A program made the position numbers and the translations under genes. A DNA stretch of 62,342 nucleotides, filler included, from Hausera hauseri (Eukaryota): the NCBI GenBank assembly GCA_046269625.1. It is 11 parts of 11 records of this genome, joined end to end, with 100 filler letters (N's around TTAATTAATTAA, not from the genome) between each part and the next. Parts side by side here need not be neighbours in the genome. Positions count along the whole stretch, not along the records: positions 48,328 to 58,043 come from JBJURY010303277.1; positions 58,144 to 62,342 come from JBJURY010705549.1; 9 more parts are not named here. One strand, written 5' to 3'. Shown piece after piece: positions 51,401 to 61,494 of this stretch. The notes beneath the pieces are model-generated. The model had not been told where the DNA came from, made no database searches, and saw nothing but the letters and a program-made list of their open reading frames with translations. The number at the start of each line of letters is the position of its first letter. Within the stretch, counting starts at the first letter, position 1.

Positions 51401-53648
51401 TAACCGCCCATCGAATAGCCGCGACTTCCTTTTCGGTTGTACTATATTTTACCTCGGCTTTCGAAAAGGTTGTGGAGATATACGCGATCGGCTTGAGCTC
51501 CCCTTGTTGCTCCTGAGCAAGGCAGGCTCCCGCTCCTACGTTGGAGGCATCGACAAACAACATGAGCGGTGGCGCATCAGGCTGACGATTGGGATAAACC
51601 AACAAGGTGGGATTGGTTAACTCCTTTTTCAGCTGGTCGAACGCATTCTGACATTCTAACGTCCAGCTTAAAGTCCGCTTCCCCAAAATCTCAAACAACG
51701 GCTTCGCTATCTCTGAACAACGCGGAATATGCCGACGATAAAAATTAACCATGCCAAGGAATTGGCGTACTTTCCGTATCGTAGTTGGAACGGGAAAGTC
51801 TTTAATTCCTTGTAGGCTTTTCTGTAACGGGATCATTCCGCTTTCCGAAACAATATGGCCCAGGTATTGTACCTCTTTCCTGAGCAAAAACGTTTTACTG
51901 GGCTTTATCTTAAACCCAGTATTGGAGAATGCTTCTAGCACCTTTTCTAAAATAATTAAATGCTCCTCAAACGTTTTGCTGACTATTAAGACGTCGTCCA
52001 GGTACACCATGGCTTCCGTCCACGGAATATGAGATAGAGCGTACCTCATGCCCCGTTGGAAAGTAGCGGGTCCATTTTTAACCCCAAAAGGCATCCTAAG
52101 AAATTCCCAATGGGACAGGGGAGTAGTGAAGGCGGTTAGCTCAATGCTATCCTCCTCCATCTCTACTTGATAGTACCCCTTGACCAAGTCAAGGGTAGAA
52201 AAGTACTTCACCCCCTGTAAACTAAACAGCATGTCTATCAAGTTGGGAATAGGGAAACTATCTCCCTTCGTGATCTTGTTGAGTTCCCTGTAGTCAATAC
52301 AAAGTCTCATCGATCCATCCTTTTTCTTGATAGGCACTACAGGAGCGGAATATGGAGATTTGCTCAGTCTATTGATCCCTTCGGATTCCAACTTTTTGCA
52401 GCTATCTTCGACCTCGCGCAAAATCGGGCCTTGTAATCGGCGGACGGGCAACTGCACGGGAGTGTCATCGATAATTTCAATTCGGTGCTTTATGACCGAC
52501 GTGCATCCAACATCCCCATCGTGCAGGCTTAGAGCATCCGGATATTTTAACAACAGAGTCAGAAGCTGATCCCGCTGATCCTCGGTTATATCCGAATCCT
52601 CAATTCTGAAGTCAGAATTCAATTTGTCCACCGACCAAACGACTCCTTGTTCGGCATTGTGAGTTTCTGGCAACTCTACGACGTTTGCCTGAACCGATTC
52701 CGATTCCGTGAATTCAATAACTCCGACTCTTTGACCCTTTTTGCATTTTAAATACCCTGGACCTTCATTGTAAGCCAGGATATAAGCCCGATCTTCTCGG
52801 AGCTGCAAAATTGCGCATGGCGAAACGAATTTACACTGTGCATCACATGAGAATATTGAAATCTTATCCCTATCTAAAAATTGGTTAGGTATAACTATTT
52901 CTACTAATTTACCCATATAAGGACCCAAGGAAAAAGATTCGGCTAAAAAGCAACTAATACTTTCTTTTTCCTCCAGTCGTGTATCAAACGCGACTGGTTG
53001 TACGAGATTGCCTGTACGAAGGACTAATTCTCGCTCCCGCAAGTCAGGTAACAAATGTTCTGACTGCAAGATGTCAAATCCTAAGATAATATCATGATGA
53101 GTAAGCTCATCCGGTATTATCACAAAAGTGTGAGCTTCCAGAATATAAGACGCTGAAAAACCCAACTGTAAATCCACGGCCCCTATAATAGGATATCTTA
53201 CTCTCCCTATGCCGCTAATACTGCGATATATCGTAGTCCTAAGAGGAAATAATCCAGTTTCCAACTGATCATAACAACGACGAGTGATCAGGCTCACAGT
53301 GGCTCCTGTGTCGACGAAGGCAACAAACGAAACGTTTGGTTGGTCAGGCACACGCACCTTAACCAACAAGGCGTCCGACGACAATGCTGTCAACCCAAAC
53401 TCAATGCTGGGCTGCCCATCTAAATTGTCGACTTCACCTGCTTCTTCATTGTCGACGGGAATATCAGACGGGTGATCCGCTGACTTGCCTTCTAAGAAGT
53501 CTAAATCGGCCGCTGTTAAAATAGGATCGATTCCTAATAGATCCTGGATAATAGGTATCCGTTCCTCCGATGAGGGCGATGTCAAGACATCATTGACCTC
53601 ATCCTGCTCTGTGTCGAGGACTTCTGACACAGGCGGACTCAGTTTCCC
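48450..53648 (-). CDS. pol: Pol polyprotein: protease, RT, RNase H, OTU-like domain, integrase, acidic tail (expressed by -1 frameshift)
   Basis: FVDTGA, CIDYR.LN, MPFGVKNGPATFQ, YLDD, VDAS, TDHKPL, ADALSR, H..HLG..CHVC, VDL, TDNGKEF, NG.VERVN; the ORF track frame is open from 53771. Confidence 0.96.
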   Translation of the reverse strand, partial: GKLSPPVSEVLDTEQDEVNDVLTSPSSEERIPIIQDLLGIDPILTAADLDFLEGKSADHPSDIPVDNEEAGEVDNLDGQPSIEFGLTALSSDALLVKVRVPDQPNVSFVAFVDTGATVSLITRRCYDQLETGLFPLRTTIYRSISGIGRVRYPIIGAVDLQLGFSASYILEAHTFVIIPDELTHHDIILGFDILQSEHLLPDLRERELVLRTGNLVQPVAFDTRLEEKESISCFLAESFSLGPYMGKLVEIVIPNQFLDRDKISIFSCDAQCKFVSPCAILQLREDRAYILAYNEGPGYLKCKKGQRVGVIEFTESESVQANVVELPETHNAEQGVVWSVDKLNSDFRIEDSDITEDQRDQLLTLLLKYPDALSLHDGDVGCTSVIKHRIEIIDDTPVQLPVRRLQGPILREVEDSCKKLESEGINRLSKSPYSAPVVPIKKKDGSMRLCIDYRELNKITKGDSFPIPNLIDMLFSLQGVKYFSTLDLVKGYYQVEMEEDSIELTAFTTPLSHWEFLRMPFGVKNGPATFQRGMRYALSHIPWTEAMVYLDDVLIVSKTFEEHLIILEKVLEAFSNTGFKIKPSKTFLLRKEVQYLGHIVSESGMIPLQKSLQGIKDFPVPTTIRKVRQFLGMVNFYRRHIPRCSEIAKPLFEILGKRTLSWTLECQNAFDQLKKELTNPTLLVYPNRQPDAPPLMLFVDASNVGAGACLAQEQQGELKPIAYISTTFSKAEVKYSTTEKEVAAIRWAVKSLKPFLYGIKVIIHTDHKPLIYLNSMSLVNQRVARTLEEINDIDYELRYIPGRQNVVADALSRSPVTPAQEISTSPPEVELPPGCFEHKVPGGGDSLFMCLALWQFGAMDKHFQLREEAIQELLDHKQKYGLLSGRNHVGVTKLLKLMKQGGQLPITEAIEAFANLYNSRIWVYYGSGEPLRFGPITGEKLCRLLCLGGVHYNLLLGTSPDSEPCILQDTRHHGEIEGNFVSFNLLDESFELKEESTGNKPNLSGQTEFGSGGEVSVSVVRESNSELTRSESESQVLVSVSNNIQLMCIRLDESADEEILFEDSMLSDDTIRQAQFADRTVRNLVKFIKNPRRIEGRLSGEMKSFLRFKKDYNFCVNILRRKTSKGNHPAVVPFSLAVDVVVKSHLEYAHLGRNKLTALLEKQIWHPSLYKICHDVPTTCHVCQSSKLSNMLAVPPMFKIVTYRPFELTAVDLMQLPVSSLGNKYLLVMVDHYSKWVSAIPLRNKQSSTVALALQRYVLPLLPKLPERLLTDNGKEFIGNEFQNLLDRYNIKHVVTTPYKPSSNGVVERVNRTLLQYLRVSLATSSNWDTKLPHILVTYNHTQHAQTLLTPCESIMEKAHKSSFGLPVQNVESYWKPGHPLFTTFKVGDLVGMKRPFPGDLVTNKLLPRYLGPLKIIRANANKVTYEVQSLQESRVYRVHHSQVKRWQIPPMYLQEHEEFSAKAMQEVPVITSSTTSDPLIDGQREYIRRDVGPSLESEDDDDFEGFVMDEETRTSLAKVQSILRTISQLTTVIADLTSPQKTFTLFSGSSQSETIPLTPTGSPDLSSFLRRYDIAFPPIFPSGKRSPESPGGPKKVSFSELVDWVSLSDDLESDISSLQWEDFGGFSDLSQDFEGFEDPNRDFEGFADRALDFEGFVDEHGDDIIDTSVVNTPVHSGTSSDIHSHNLNVSGDVVVVDDLDTRNRPFTRSRGFCQDLPYVQSHILERKRRLD
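53609..53648 (-). promoter_or_regulatory. Programmed -1 ribosomal frameshift signal
   Basis: G GGA AAC slippery heptamer (53648-53642) immediately before the gag stop, in the correct phase to enter pol; followed by a CTGTGTC/GACACAG stem (53632-53609). Confidence 0.85.
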
Positions 53649-55366
53649 TGCCGATTTGTGCAATTTATGCCCAAGTGAGGCCCTTGACAGAAGGGGCATT
53701 TGGGCTCGTCGGGGCGGTCTCTCGACGGACAGTCGGGAGCCAAATGTCCCCGCTCTTTGCAAATCGCACACTTATGAAGGGCAATGTAGCACTCTTCATA
53801 AGTGTGCCCACGCTTACCACAATAGTGGCACAAGGGTCGCTTGTGGCACTGTCCCATTTGGTGGCCCTTCTTCTTACAGAAGGAACACTTCTGGGGCGAA
53901 CCCTGCGGCTGGCTCCTTGGTGGGTCTCGCGGAGGCGAGTTCGTCGGCGTATAAACACGACGAGGAGACTGCCGCTGAGACTTCGGGCTCGGCGGAGTCC
54001 CATTCTTCCTCTTGGGCGGACTAGGCGGCGGGCTCGGCTTCTTCCTCTGCCCCGTCCTATTTGGCGACTTAGGAGGCGAAGCTGGGGCATCCGACCTCCT
54101 ATACGCAGAATTATAATAATAATTATTTCCACTGTTTGTCTTCGGCCTCGCACCTTGAGCAGCTTTGGCATAAGAACGGGGAGGAGTCGGGTACAAGGGA
54201 GCAGGCAATGGGGCTGATGGCCCAGGCAACACTTGATATGCCTCCGGTTGTTGAGCAACCCGAGGTTGGTGCTGCCCATAACCACAAGAACCACACTGGT
54301 TGCACCAGCCCCCTGCTGGCGTCACCGCGGCCAGATCTATGACCTCGGGCGCATGATTCATCCCTGTTGGAGGGTGTGTCAATGACGGCATATTCGAGTC
54401 CACCAAGGACACGAATCTCTCCCAAGACATCTTCCTTCCCATGGTCCTTTCATAATCCCTGCGAGCGTTTTCCACATGAAAACGGATTGCAGGGGGGACA
54501 CTCGCCAAAAACCGTTGACGGACCAACGGTAAGTTCTCAACGTCGCACTTGGGAAGCGCTCGTTGGGCTAATCCCAACAAGCGAATGGCGAACACCGACA
54601 TGGGTTCGTCATCATGTCGAGCTGCTTCCAAGAAACGTGTGGAGTGCATTTCCTCCTCACGGTCCAACTCGTCCTGAGACCACTGAAGAAGAATTTCCTT
54701 CATCTCTTCATAAGATGCAACGGATCTCAGGGCCACGAGATAAACTTGGAGGACAGGACCATCTAAATGCTGTCGCAAGAGATGCAGGTAACCGGTGGTA
54801 TCGTCACCAGAATACATCTCCTGACAATGTGCTTCGAATCGCCGGAGGAACGCAAAGACAGGTTCTCCACTCTCCGGCGAATAAACTCCCAAAGGTTTGG
54901 GTCGGCGTCTAGGATTTATCATCGATGCCTGGAGTAACTCGGACATACGCTGGACAAGAATCTGGTTTTGTCTAACCAGATCGTTGACCAGAGCTGCCCA
55001 ATCTCCAGGTGAAGACGCTTGAGGTGTGCTTACAGGTGGCAAACCCGAAACTTGAGGCATTTGTTGCGGCGTTGACGTCGCAGTCGTCAACGGCGGCAAA
55101 TTACAAGACGCTGTTGTGGTCATAGTCATTTGATTGTTCAAATATACTTTATTATTATTGTCACTTGGATTTGGCCAGTTTATATTAGACATGAGCATTG
55201 ATGCTTGCAAATTATCAGGATTAGTAGTTATCAACCGCTGTGTATAGGGGTTAGTAAGTTGGGGAGGCTTAGCCTCCACTTGTGATGATTCGGCGGAACG
55301 CATAGGCAAATTGAGCTCATCCACACTATCATTTAGCAAATTCGTTGCTCCTTGTACACCGTCCAT
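53639..55366 (-). CDS. gag: Gag, 575 aa, four CCHC zinc knuckles
   Basis: Capsid-like region (FLRRFE, RHDDEPMSVFAIRL), P/S/R-rich linker, then CSFCKKKGHQMGQC, CHYCGKRGHTYEEC, CAICKERGHLAPDC, CPFCQGPHLGINC. Confidence 0.95.
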   Translation of the reverse strand: MDGVQGATNLLNDSVDELNLPMRSAESSQVEAKPPQLTNPYTQRLITTNPDNLQASMLMSNINWPNPSDNNNKVYLNNQMTMTTTASCNLPPLTTATSTPQQMPQVSGLPPVSTPQASSPGDWAALVNDLVRQNQILVQRMSELLQASMINPRRRPKPLGVYSPESGEPVFAFLRRFEAHCQEMYSGDDTTGYLHLLRQHLDGPVLQVYLVALRSVASYEEMKEILLQWSQDELDREEEMHSTRFLEAARHDDEPMSVFAIRLLGLAQRALPKCDVENLPLVRQRFLASVPPAIRFHVENARRDYERTMGRKMSWERFVSLVDSNMPSLTHPPTGMNHAPEVIDLAAVTPAGGWCNQCGSCGYGQHQPRVAQQPEAYQVLPGPSAPLPAPLYPTPPRSYAKAAQGARPKTNSGNNYYYNSAYRRSDAPASPPKSPNRTGQRKKPSPPPSPPKRKNGTPPSPKSQRQSPRRVYTPTNSPPRDPPRSQPQGSPQKCSFCKKKGHQMGQCHKRPLCHYCGKRGHTYEECYIALHKCAICKERGHLAPDCPSRDRPDEPKCPFCQGPHLGINCTNRQGN

Positions 55367-55479
55367 TCCACTTGTATTCTACAAAAAAGGGACGACAGTA
55401 AAAGGAAAAATGAAAAATGAGGATGGGTGCTTCAAGCACAATTAAAGAATGTGCAAAGTGCACGGCAGCGAAGAGCGGG

Positions 55480-55497
55480 AACTACGCTCTGCTACCA
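55480..55497 (-). promoter_or_regulatory. Primer-binding site, initiator Met tRNA
   Basis: TGGTAGCAGAGCGTAGTT, 4 nt after the LTR end, is complementary to the ..CTCTGCTACCA 3' end of animal tRNA-iMet. Confidence 0.88.
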
Positions 55498-55501
55498 AAT
55501 A

Positions 55502-55780
55502 TGTAAAAGGAGGGTGTCGTGTCGTTGGTGTTGGTCGTGTCGTGTGGGTGTTATGTCACCACGTTAGTAGGGAGGATTGTGTTCCTATCCTTACTAAGCA
55601 CACGCTCTGGTTAGCTCGGGTAAAACCCTACCAAGGTTAAGCAGGTATTCCTGACAACGCACGCAAGTTCTCCCTGTTAATCCTATCGTTCCCACTCTCG
55701 CATGCAGCTCTAATAGCACTTTTACTCTCTCTCAACTCCCCACTATTGCGCTCAATTTTCCCCTTTACTATTCACTTACA
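55502..55780 (-). repeat. LTR (collapsed single copy, 279 bp)
   Basis: TGTAA...TTACA termini on the minus strand, preceded by purine tract GGGGAATAAAAAG (55794-55782) and followed by the PBS. Confidence 0.78.
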
Positions 55781-56481
55781 ACTTTTTATTCCCCAAACGT
55801 ATAATTACTAATTTATTATTAAAGAGATTATATAATGGAAACCGAATTATTTACCTGCATTATAATATTAACGAAAACAAACTTCGGATCAAATGTCTTC
55901 GTGATCTTGAAGCCGTATGGGGCCCCTTGACTTCACAATATGATCCAAGATATTTCTTGTGTTTTCCATCATTAATACCATGCCGAACATGAAAATATAA
56001 AACAAATCAATACATGTTTCGGCTAGGGGTTACAACTAATTAATTAATATAAATAATAAAAACATATATCAAATATATATATCAATTAGATATCATGACT
56101 TATATGAAATAAATTCATACCGGGTGTTTTACCCGTTGACTGAATAGTCGATTTAATTAGTTTCCCGTATGGAATTTTTATTTACTTTGAAATGCCTGTT
56201 TGTATTTTATTTATAATTTTATTATTAAAAAGAAAAAAAAAACAATTAAAAAAAATTCATCTCACCATTATATAAAGAAATATAAAAATAAACAAAATTA
56301 GTTTGTTTCCGAGATTTCCCAGAGAAGGGAATAAAATCAGCAACTCCCCTGGGCGGACCGGACTGGAACCTCACCAATGGCCGTCCCCCTGCACTCCTCC
56401 CCACCCGCCGAGTAACGGCGGACCAAGTCGCAGTGCCGCAGGGGACTCCAGTGAGTGTCCGCTCCAGGTGCTGGATAGCTA

Positions 56482-57957
56482 TTACTCCCAGGCATCCCAG
56501 AGAAACTGACGCGCTTCTCCGGGAGCTGGGTAGTAATCAAAGGCGGCCCAGTAGCCCTCTAAACGTGAGACCGCCGAATTGATTTCTTCACGTAGCTCTC
56601 CCCAAAGACGTGGAGGAATGAAACCTGGGGGCGCCATACCTCGGGTAGATGAATGAGGCCTACGGTGTGGTAGTCGGGGAGCCCCCGAAAATCTGGGGAA
56701 TCTCCCGGGTCCGACTCGACGGAAACCCCTGCGCCCCCGACCACGGAAACCTGGCTGAGCACCGGGATAGGCTGCAGCCGCGGGAACTGGAGGGCGAAAA
56801 CCCCTTCCCAGCCCCTGAAGTTCCGGCAATGTCATTGGGCCAGGCTGACCCAAAATAACATCTCCAGATGTTCCTCTTTGAGGAGAAACTATCGGCTCTG
56901 TTGTCTCAGGGGCCGAGCGTTCGGTACCCCTGGCAGATGGAACTCGCCTTCGTTGCCGACCCTTCCCCTTGTTAGTCAGTCCCCTCCCCCTTGTGGTGTT
57001 AGTGCCACGTGGCGGATTCGCCACCCCGGATGGACCAGGTAAAGAATCAGAGAGATTTGGAGGGAGACCTCCCAACTCCTGGGAATCAACGGGCTCATCA
57101 GGGAAATGTAGGCGGGATTTAAGAGAGGCCCTCGACGAAGCGGCTCTATCCGAAGAGGATGAACTCTGGCGTGACGCCTGGGTTTTAATACCCAATCGGC
57201 GACTCACTCCAAGCTGTGAAAACAGCTGATTGAAAATGAGCCGGCAAGCCAATTTCGTAGGGTGGACCCCATCCCGTAAATAGCCTTTTCCTCGAAGGGT
57301 ATGACTGTGCCCGGAGAGAAAATCATCCAGAGCACGGTGATAAGGAGCGTGTCTACCAAGGATGGAAGACCCACTAAGACGCTCCCCTTCGGTGATACAT
57401 CCCCCGATCAGCTGTGAGGTAGGATCTATTATATCCAAATACCTCTTAACGGTGGATGTATAAAGTTTTAGTTCATCTAAATCAGGCATCTCTTTGTATT
57501 TTTGTTTAATCGCCGACGGCGCTCGACGAAGATCTCGCTGGTTCTTAAAGTTCAAGTCAAGAGGTGGTGGTATAAAAATATACACCTTAGCGTTGGGAGC
57601 TATTACTTTGACTCTTGACTTGAACGTAAAGTAATCCAGGACGAATGTGTCTAAATTAAAGTCCGGGTTAGGCCGTATGGCAAAATAGTTTCTTTTGCTA
57701 TCAGGGCCGCTTAAACTGTGCCTTTGAAATGCCTCCGTTATCAGGGAGAACAACACGACATGCGTGATGTCATCCTTGAGAACTTGGGGTAAAGAAATTA
57801 CCAGTTGTTTCAAGGAAGCCCCGGGATAAGGAGCAAAGGTCACTTGCGACTCTGATATTCCATGGTCTTTGCTGGAGAAGGAATCTCGCAAACAGCTAAC
57901 CCAAGAATGACCGATGATTAAGATCTGAAAAGACAACATAAAATCTGGTAAGAACAC
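56482..57957 (-). CDS. ORF3: SGNH/GDSL hydrolase domain plus R/G/P-rich disordered tail
   Basis: Block I ILIIGHS, block II YPGA, block V DGVHP; block III Asn absent. The first ATG is at 57939. It lies ~130 nt after the pol stop once the contig is circularised. Confidence 0.85.
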   Translation of the reverse strand: MFLPDFMLSFQILIIGHSWVSCLRDSFSSKDHGISESQVTFAPYPGASLKQLVISLPQVLKDDITHVVLFSLITEAFQRHSLSGPDSKRNYFAIRPNPDFNLDTFVLDYFTFKSRVKVIAPNAKVYIFIPPPLDLNFKNQRDLRRAPSAIKQKYKEMPDLDELKLYTSTVKRYLDIIDPTSQLIGGCITEGERLSGSSILGRHAPYHRALDDFLSGHSHTLRGKGYLRDGVHPTKLACRLIFNQLFSQLGVSRRLGIKTQASRQSSSSSDRAASSRASLKSRLHFPDEPVDSQELGGLPPNLSDSLPGPSGVANPPRGTNTTRGRGLTNKGKGRQRRRVPSARGTERSAPETTEPIVSPQRGTSGDVILGQPGPMTLPELQGLGRGFRPPVPAAAAYPGAQPGFRGRGRRGFRRVGPGRFPRFSGAPRLPHRRPHSSTRGMAPPGFIPPRLWGELREEINSAVSRLEGYWAAFDYYPAPGEARQFLWDAWE

Positions 57958-58143
57958 TAAGATCCCGAAAAAATCCTTAATCTGAATACAATTAAATTAT
58001 TTTAATATTTTTATTATTTTAATTTACATATTAATTTTTTTTTNNNNNNNNNNNNNNNNNNNNNNNNNNNNNNNNNNNNNNNNNNNNTTAATTAATTAAN
58101 NNNNNNNNNNNNNNNNNNNNNNNNNNNNNNNNNNNNNNNNNNN

Positions 58144-61100
58144 TTCACTCCCGCAAACAGTACTTTACACCATGTAGTTACACAGCATCAACGACCAATA
58201 TTCCAAAGGATACGGCATATGTCACCTCGTCGTAGACAGGCCGTAGAAGCCGAATTTCTTAAACTAGAACGTTCCGCCATAGTACGCCGTTCCAAATCTA
58301 CTTGGTCATCACCTTTATACGTTGTACAAAAAAGGACGGTACTTTTAGACTATACGGTAACTACGGACAGCTGAACAACTTGACTATCATGAATGCGTAC
58401 CCTTTACCACTCATCAAGGATATCTTGCATCGTCTTAATTCAACCACCATCTATTCGACTATTGATTTAGCTAAGGAATAGCATCAAATATCTGTAGCAC
58501 CCGAAGACATAAAAAACTGCTGTAACTACTCCTTTTGGTCTCTACGAATACTTGTTTATGCCATTCGGTTTGAGGAATGCCGCACAAACTTTTCAGCGCC
58601 ACATTAATTCAATTCTTTTAGATTTATCGTTTACACATCATTATATCAATGATATTCTAGTCGTTTTATCTTCGGCCAAACAACACTAGGAACACCTTCG
58701 CGCAATATTCCAACGCCTTAACCACCATAATCTCCAAGTCAATTTTGACAAATTCCATTTCTTCAAAAATCGCATTAGCTTTTTAGGCCACGTTATTACA
58801 CCAGACGGTCATTCTCCCCAACCAGACCGAGTCGAAGCTCTTAAAAATATAAAGTTGCTACGAATAACCACTGAAATGTCAGTTTCATTGGTACACTACA
58901 CTTTGTAAATATATATGTACCATATTGCTCCGAATTGACAGCATCATTCGTACACCTAAGCGGTGGCAAAAAACATCAGCCAATCCAGTGGACACCTGAA
59001 TCGATCGACAAATTTGATAAGCTACGCGAGGGAATTAAGACCGTCGATATACTTGTTTTCCCCAAGCCTGATGCAGAACTTATCCTTACTACAAACGCGT
59101 CAGCCATTGCAGTAGGCGTTGCAGTACAATGGAAAAAATCAACCACTAGAATTTTTCTCTCGCAAGCTGACATCCAATGAAACCAGATATTCAACGTTCG
59201 ATCAAGAACTATTGGCCATCGTTCGCGTTTTAAAGCATTTCTCACACCTACTTGTTGCTCGTCATTTTACTATACAAACCGATCACAAGCCCTTACTTAA
59301 CATCATGGCTATGAAACACCCTTCCACACACCAAGAACGCCAGATATCATACTTATCGACATTTAACTTCGACATTAAACCTATTAACGGGGTTAACAAT
59401 TTGGTTGCCGATTTTTTATATAGGTCGGTTAGTTCGATTAATTTTTTACCGATTTTTACGCAAGATCAACTTCAACAGAAACAGTCACCTCAGGACATGT
59501 TTAATTCTTTTAAGTCTTGCACAATCGTTGACGGCGTGGCTTTAAACACTTCAAAACTAGGCAATTCCGAAATAATTCTAGCATCATTATTGCAAAAGCA
59601 AGTATTTCACAGCGTGCATTCATTACACCATCCCGGTGCTAAAGCCACTTTTCGTTTACTCCATCGACAAGTAATTTGGCCGTCAATGCGTTCTGATATG
59701 CAGGCATGGGTTAAGGAGTGTGTGGCTTGCCAAAAATACAAAACAACTAAGCACTTAAAGCCATAACTGCTCCACTTTCCCTGCACATCGCGTTTCGAGC
59801 CCGTGCATATTGACATCGTTGGCCCTCTTCCCCTAGATAACGGTCATCAATTCATTCTTACCATAATGGACCGTTCCTTGCGATGGCCAGAAGCCATCCC
59901 TCTGCGGAGTACGAACACCGATAGAATAGCTGACGTTTTCATTCGTACATGGATTAGCAGATTTGGATCACTCCACAGTTTGAATCCAACCTGTTCAAAT
60001 CCCTTGTTAAACGATCGTGAATCCATCACATACACACTACGTCTAACCATCCCCAATTAAATGGCCTCCTAGAACGCTTCCACCGAACATTGAAAACGTA
60101 ACTAAGAATCCTTTCATAGTCTAACACCAGTCGGACGAATCTTCTTCCGTTTGTTCTGCTCGGCTGGCGGAACACTCCGTCTATTTCTACGAGATGCTCA
60201 CCCACTGAAGCCTTATTCAAAGCTCCAGTACCATCATTTTTCGAACTAACTGCCCTAGACGACACCCCTACAGATGAAACGATACGGGCGGCCCAAATCA
60301 CTTCGTTACGGTCAGCAAAGATTCGTTCTCTAGGATACTTCACAAAGACAAAACATATTTACCCGAAAACTTGTATTCGGCAAAATTCGTATGGCCAAAA
60401 AATCAGACGCCGTGCGGTTTTCAGCCGCGGTATCTGCAGCCCTATAAACTGATACAGCTGCATTAACATAATGCTATTATCTCTAAAGACGGCAAAGAAC
60501 TTACAGTACATATTACCAACTTAAAGCCCGACTTCTTTGTCGACGATACTTCACCAATCGACACGTCAACCTCTTTCCTCACTTTTACACTTCCTGTTGT
60601 TCCTTTATCTGTTGCTACATCAGTTTCACCTCCTCCTTCTGCTTCTAGTTCTACTTCATCATTCTCCACACCTTGTACTTCTATTTCTATCTCTTTTTCT
60701 TTCTCTACCACTCCGTCTGTCTCATCTTCTACTTCTACTCTTCCGCCTAACACAATTCCAATTTCTACTTCAATTTTCGTCTCTCCTCCTTTATCCGCTA
60801 CTTCACCTTTTGTCACTCCTTCGCCTTCTAACACTCTCTTGAATACCTTTACCCTTCTGTCTCCAACAATCTCTCCCTCCTTCACATTCTTCTTCTTTTC
60901 GTTCTGACTCGTCTTTGCACAACGCAACACTCACAACAAAATCTGACAATTTTTCCCCAACTTCAACCTCTGCAAGCAAACACACCGCATACAGACAAAA
61001 CATGCAGAGTCATATTTAGCAAGTATAGCAGGGAAAAATCAGTAGAAGGCACTCAATGTCTTGTTCACACTAAGATCAACTGATACAGACACTTTTCGTT

Positions 61101-61171
61101 TAGCGATTTTTTCTTTCCGTCTATGTTGTTCTTTATAGCTTTCACTTTGCCACGGGGGTTGATGTGGTGCC
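58144..61171 (+). mobile_element. Ty3/Gypsy pol (RT-RH-IN), decayed; same family as 43500-47985
   Basis: WSSPL, MPFGLRNAAQTFQR, FDQELLA, TDHKPL, HHPG..CVACQ, HIDIVGPLP, RWPEA, S/T-rich tail, GGGGG tract then TGTGGTGCC (LTR start ~61163). Confidence 0.93.
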
Positions 61172-61494
61172 CACTGCGGCCGGTGCCCTTTGGCCTATTT
61201 GGTCGGACGCGGCCGGGCGTCCGTTGCCGCCTCGTCGGATCCATAGTCGCGCCTGATTTCCCGACTCGAAATTTCACAATACGATCCACCGGATTTGATA
61301 CTGGAAAGTTTTGATGACGTCAGTGAAGAGAATAAAAAACCGATAAAAATAAAGCTGTTCAAATTGTCTAATGATGAATACAGTAAATCTTCGAGGAATC
61401 CTTAAAAAGCCAGGTGAAAATTATGTTCCAACGACTGTGTGCTTCGACGAAAAAAGAAACGATTTTGAACAATTAATTCATAAATTCGTCGAAT

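Larger units (their letters stand above)
48328..58043 (-). mobile_element. Apparently intact three-ORF Ty3/Gypsy element, circularly permuted contig (true order LTR-PBS-gag-pol-ORF3-PPT-LTR)
   Basis: An exact 77-nt terminal overlap (48328-48404 = 57967-58043) closes the contig. A single LTR has the PPT on one side and the PBS on the other; there are three long uninterrupted ORFs. Confidence 0.9.

Noticed and set aside
53485-54912. Long plus-strand ORFs antisense to gag
   Set aside because: Expected shadow ORFs of GC-rich, Pro/Ser-rich coding sequence; no motifs.
55781-56034. Longer LTR starting at TGTAAC (56034, minus strand)
   Set aside because: No purine tract precedes it, whereas one directly precedes 55780.
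60463-60930. E/V/G-rich minus-strand ORF and poly-Leu plus-strand ORF
   Set aside because: Alternative frames of the low-complexity S/T-rich integrase tail.
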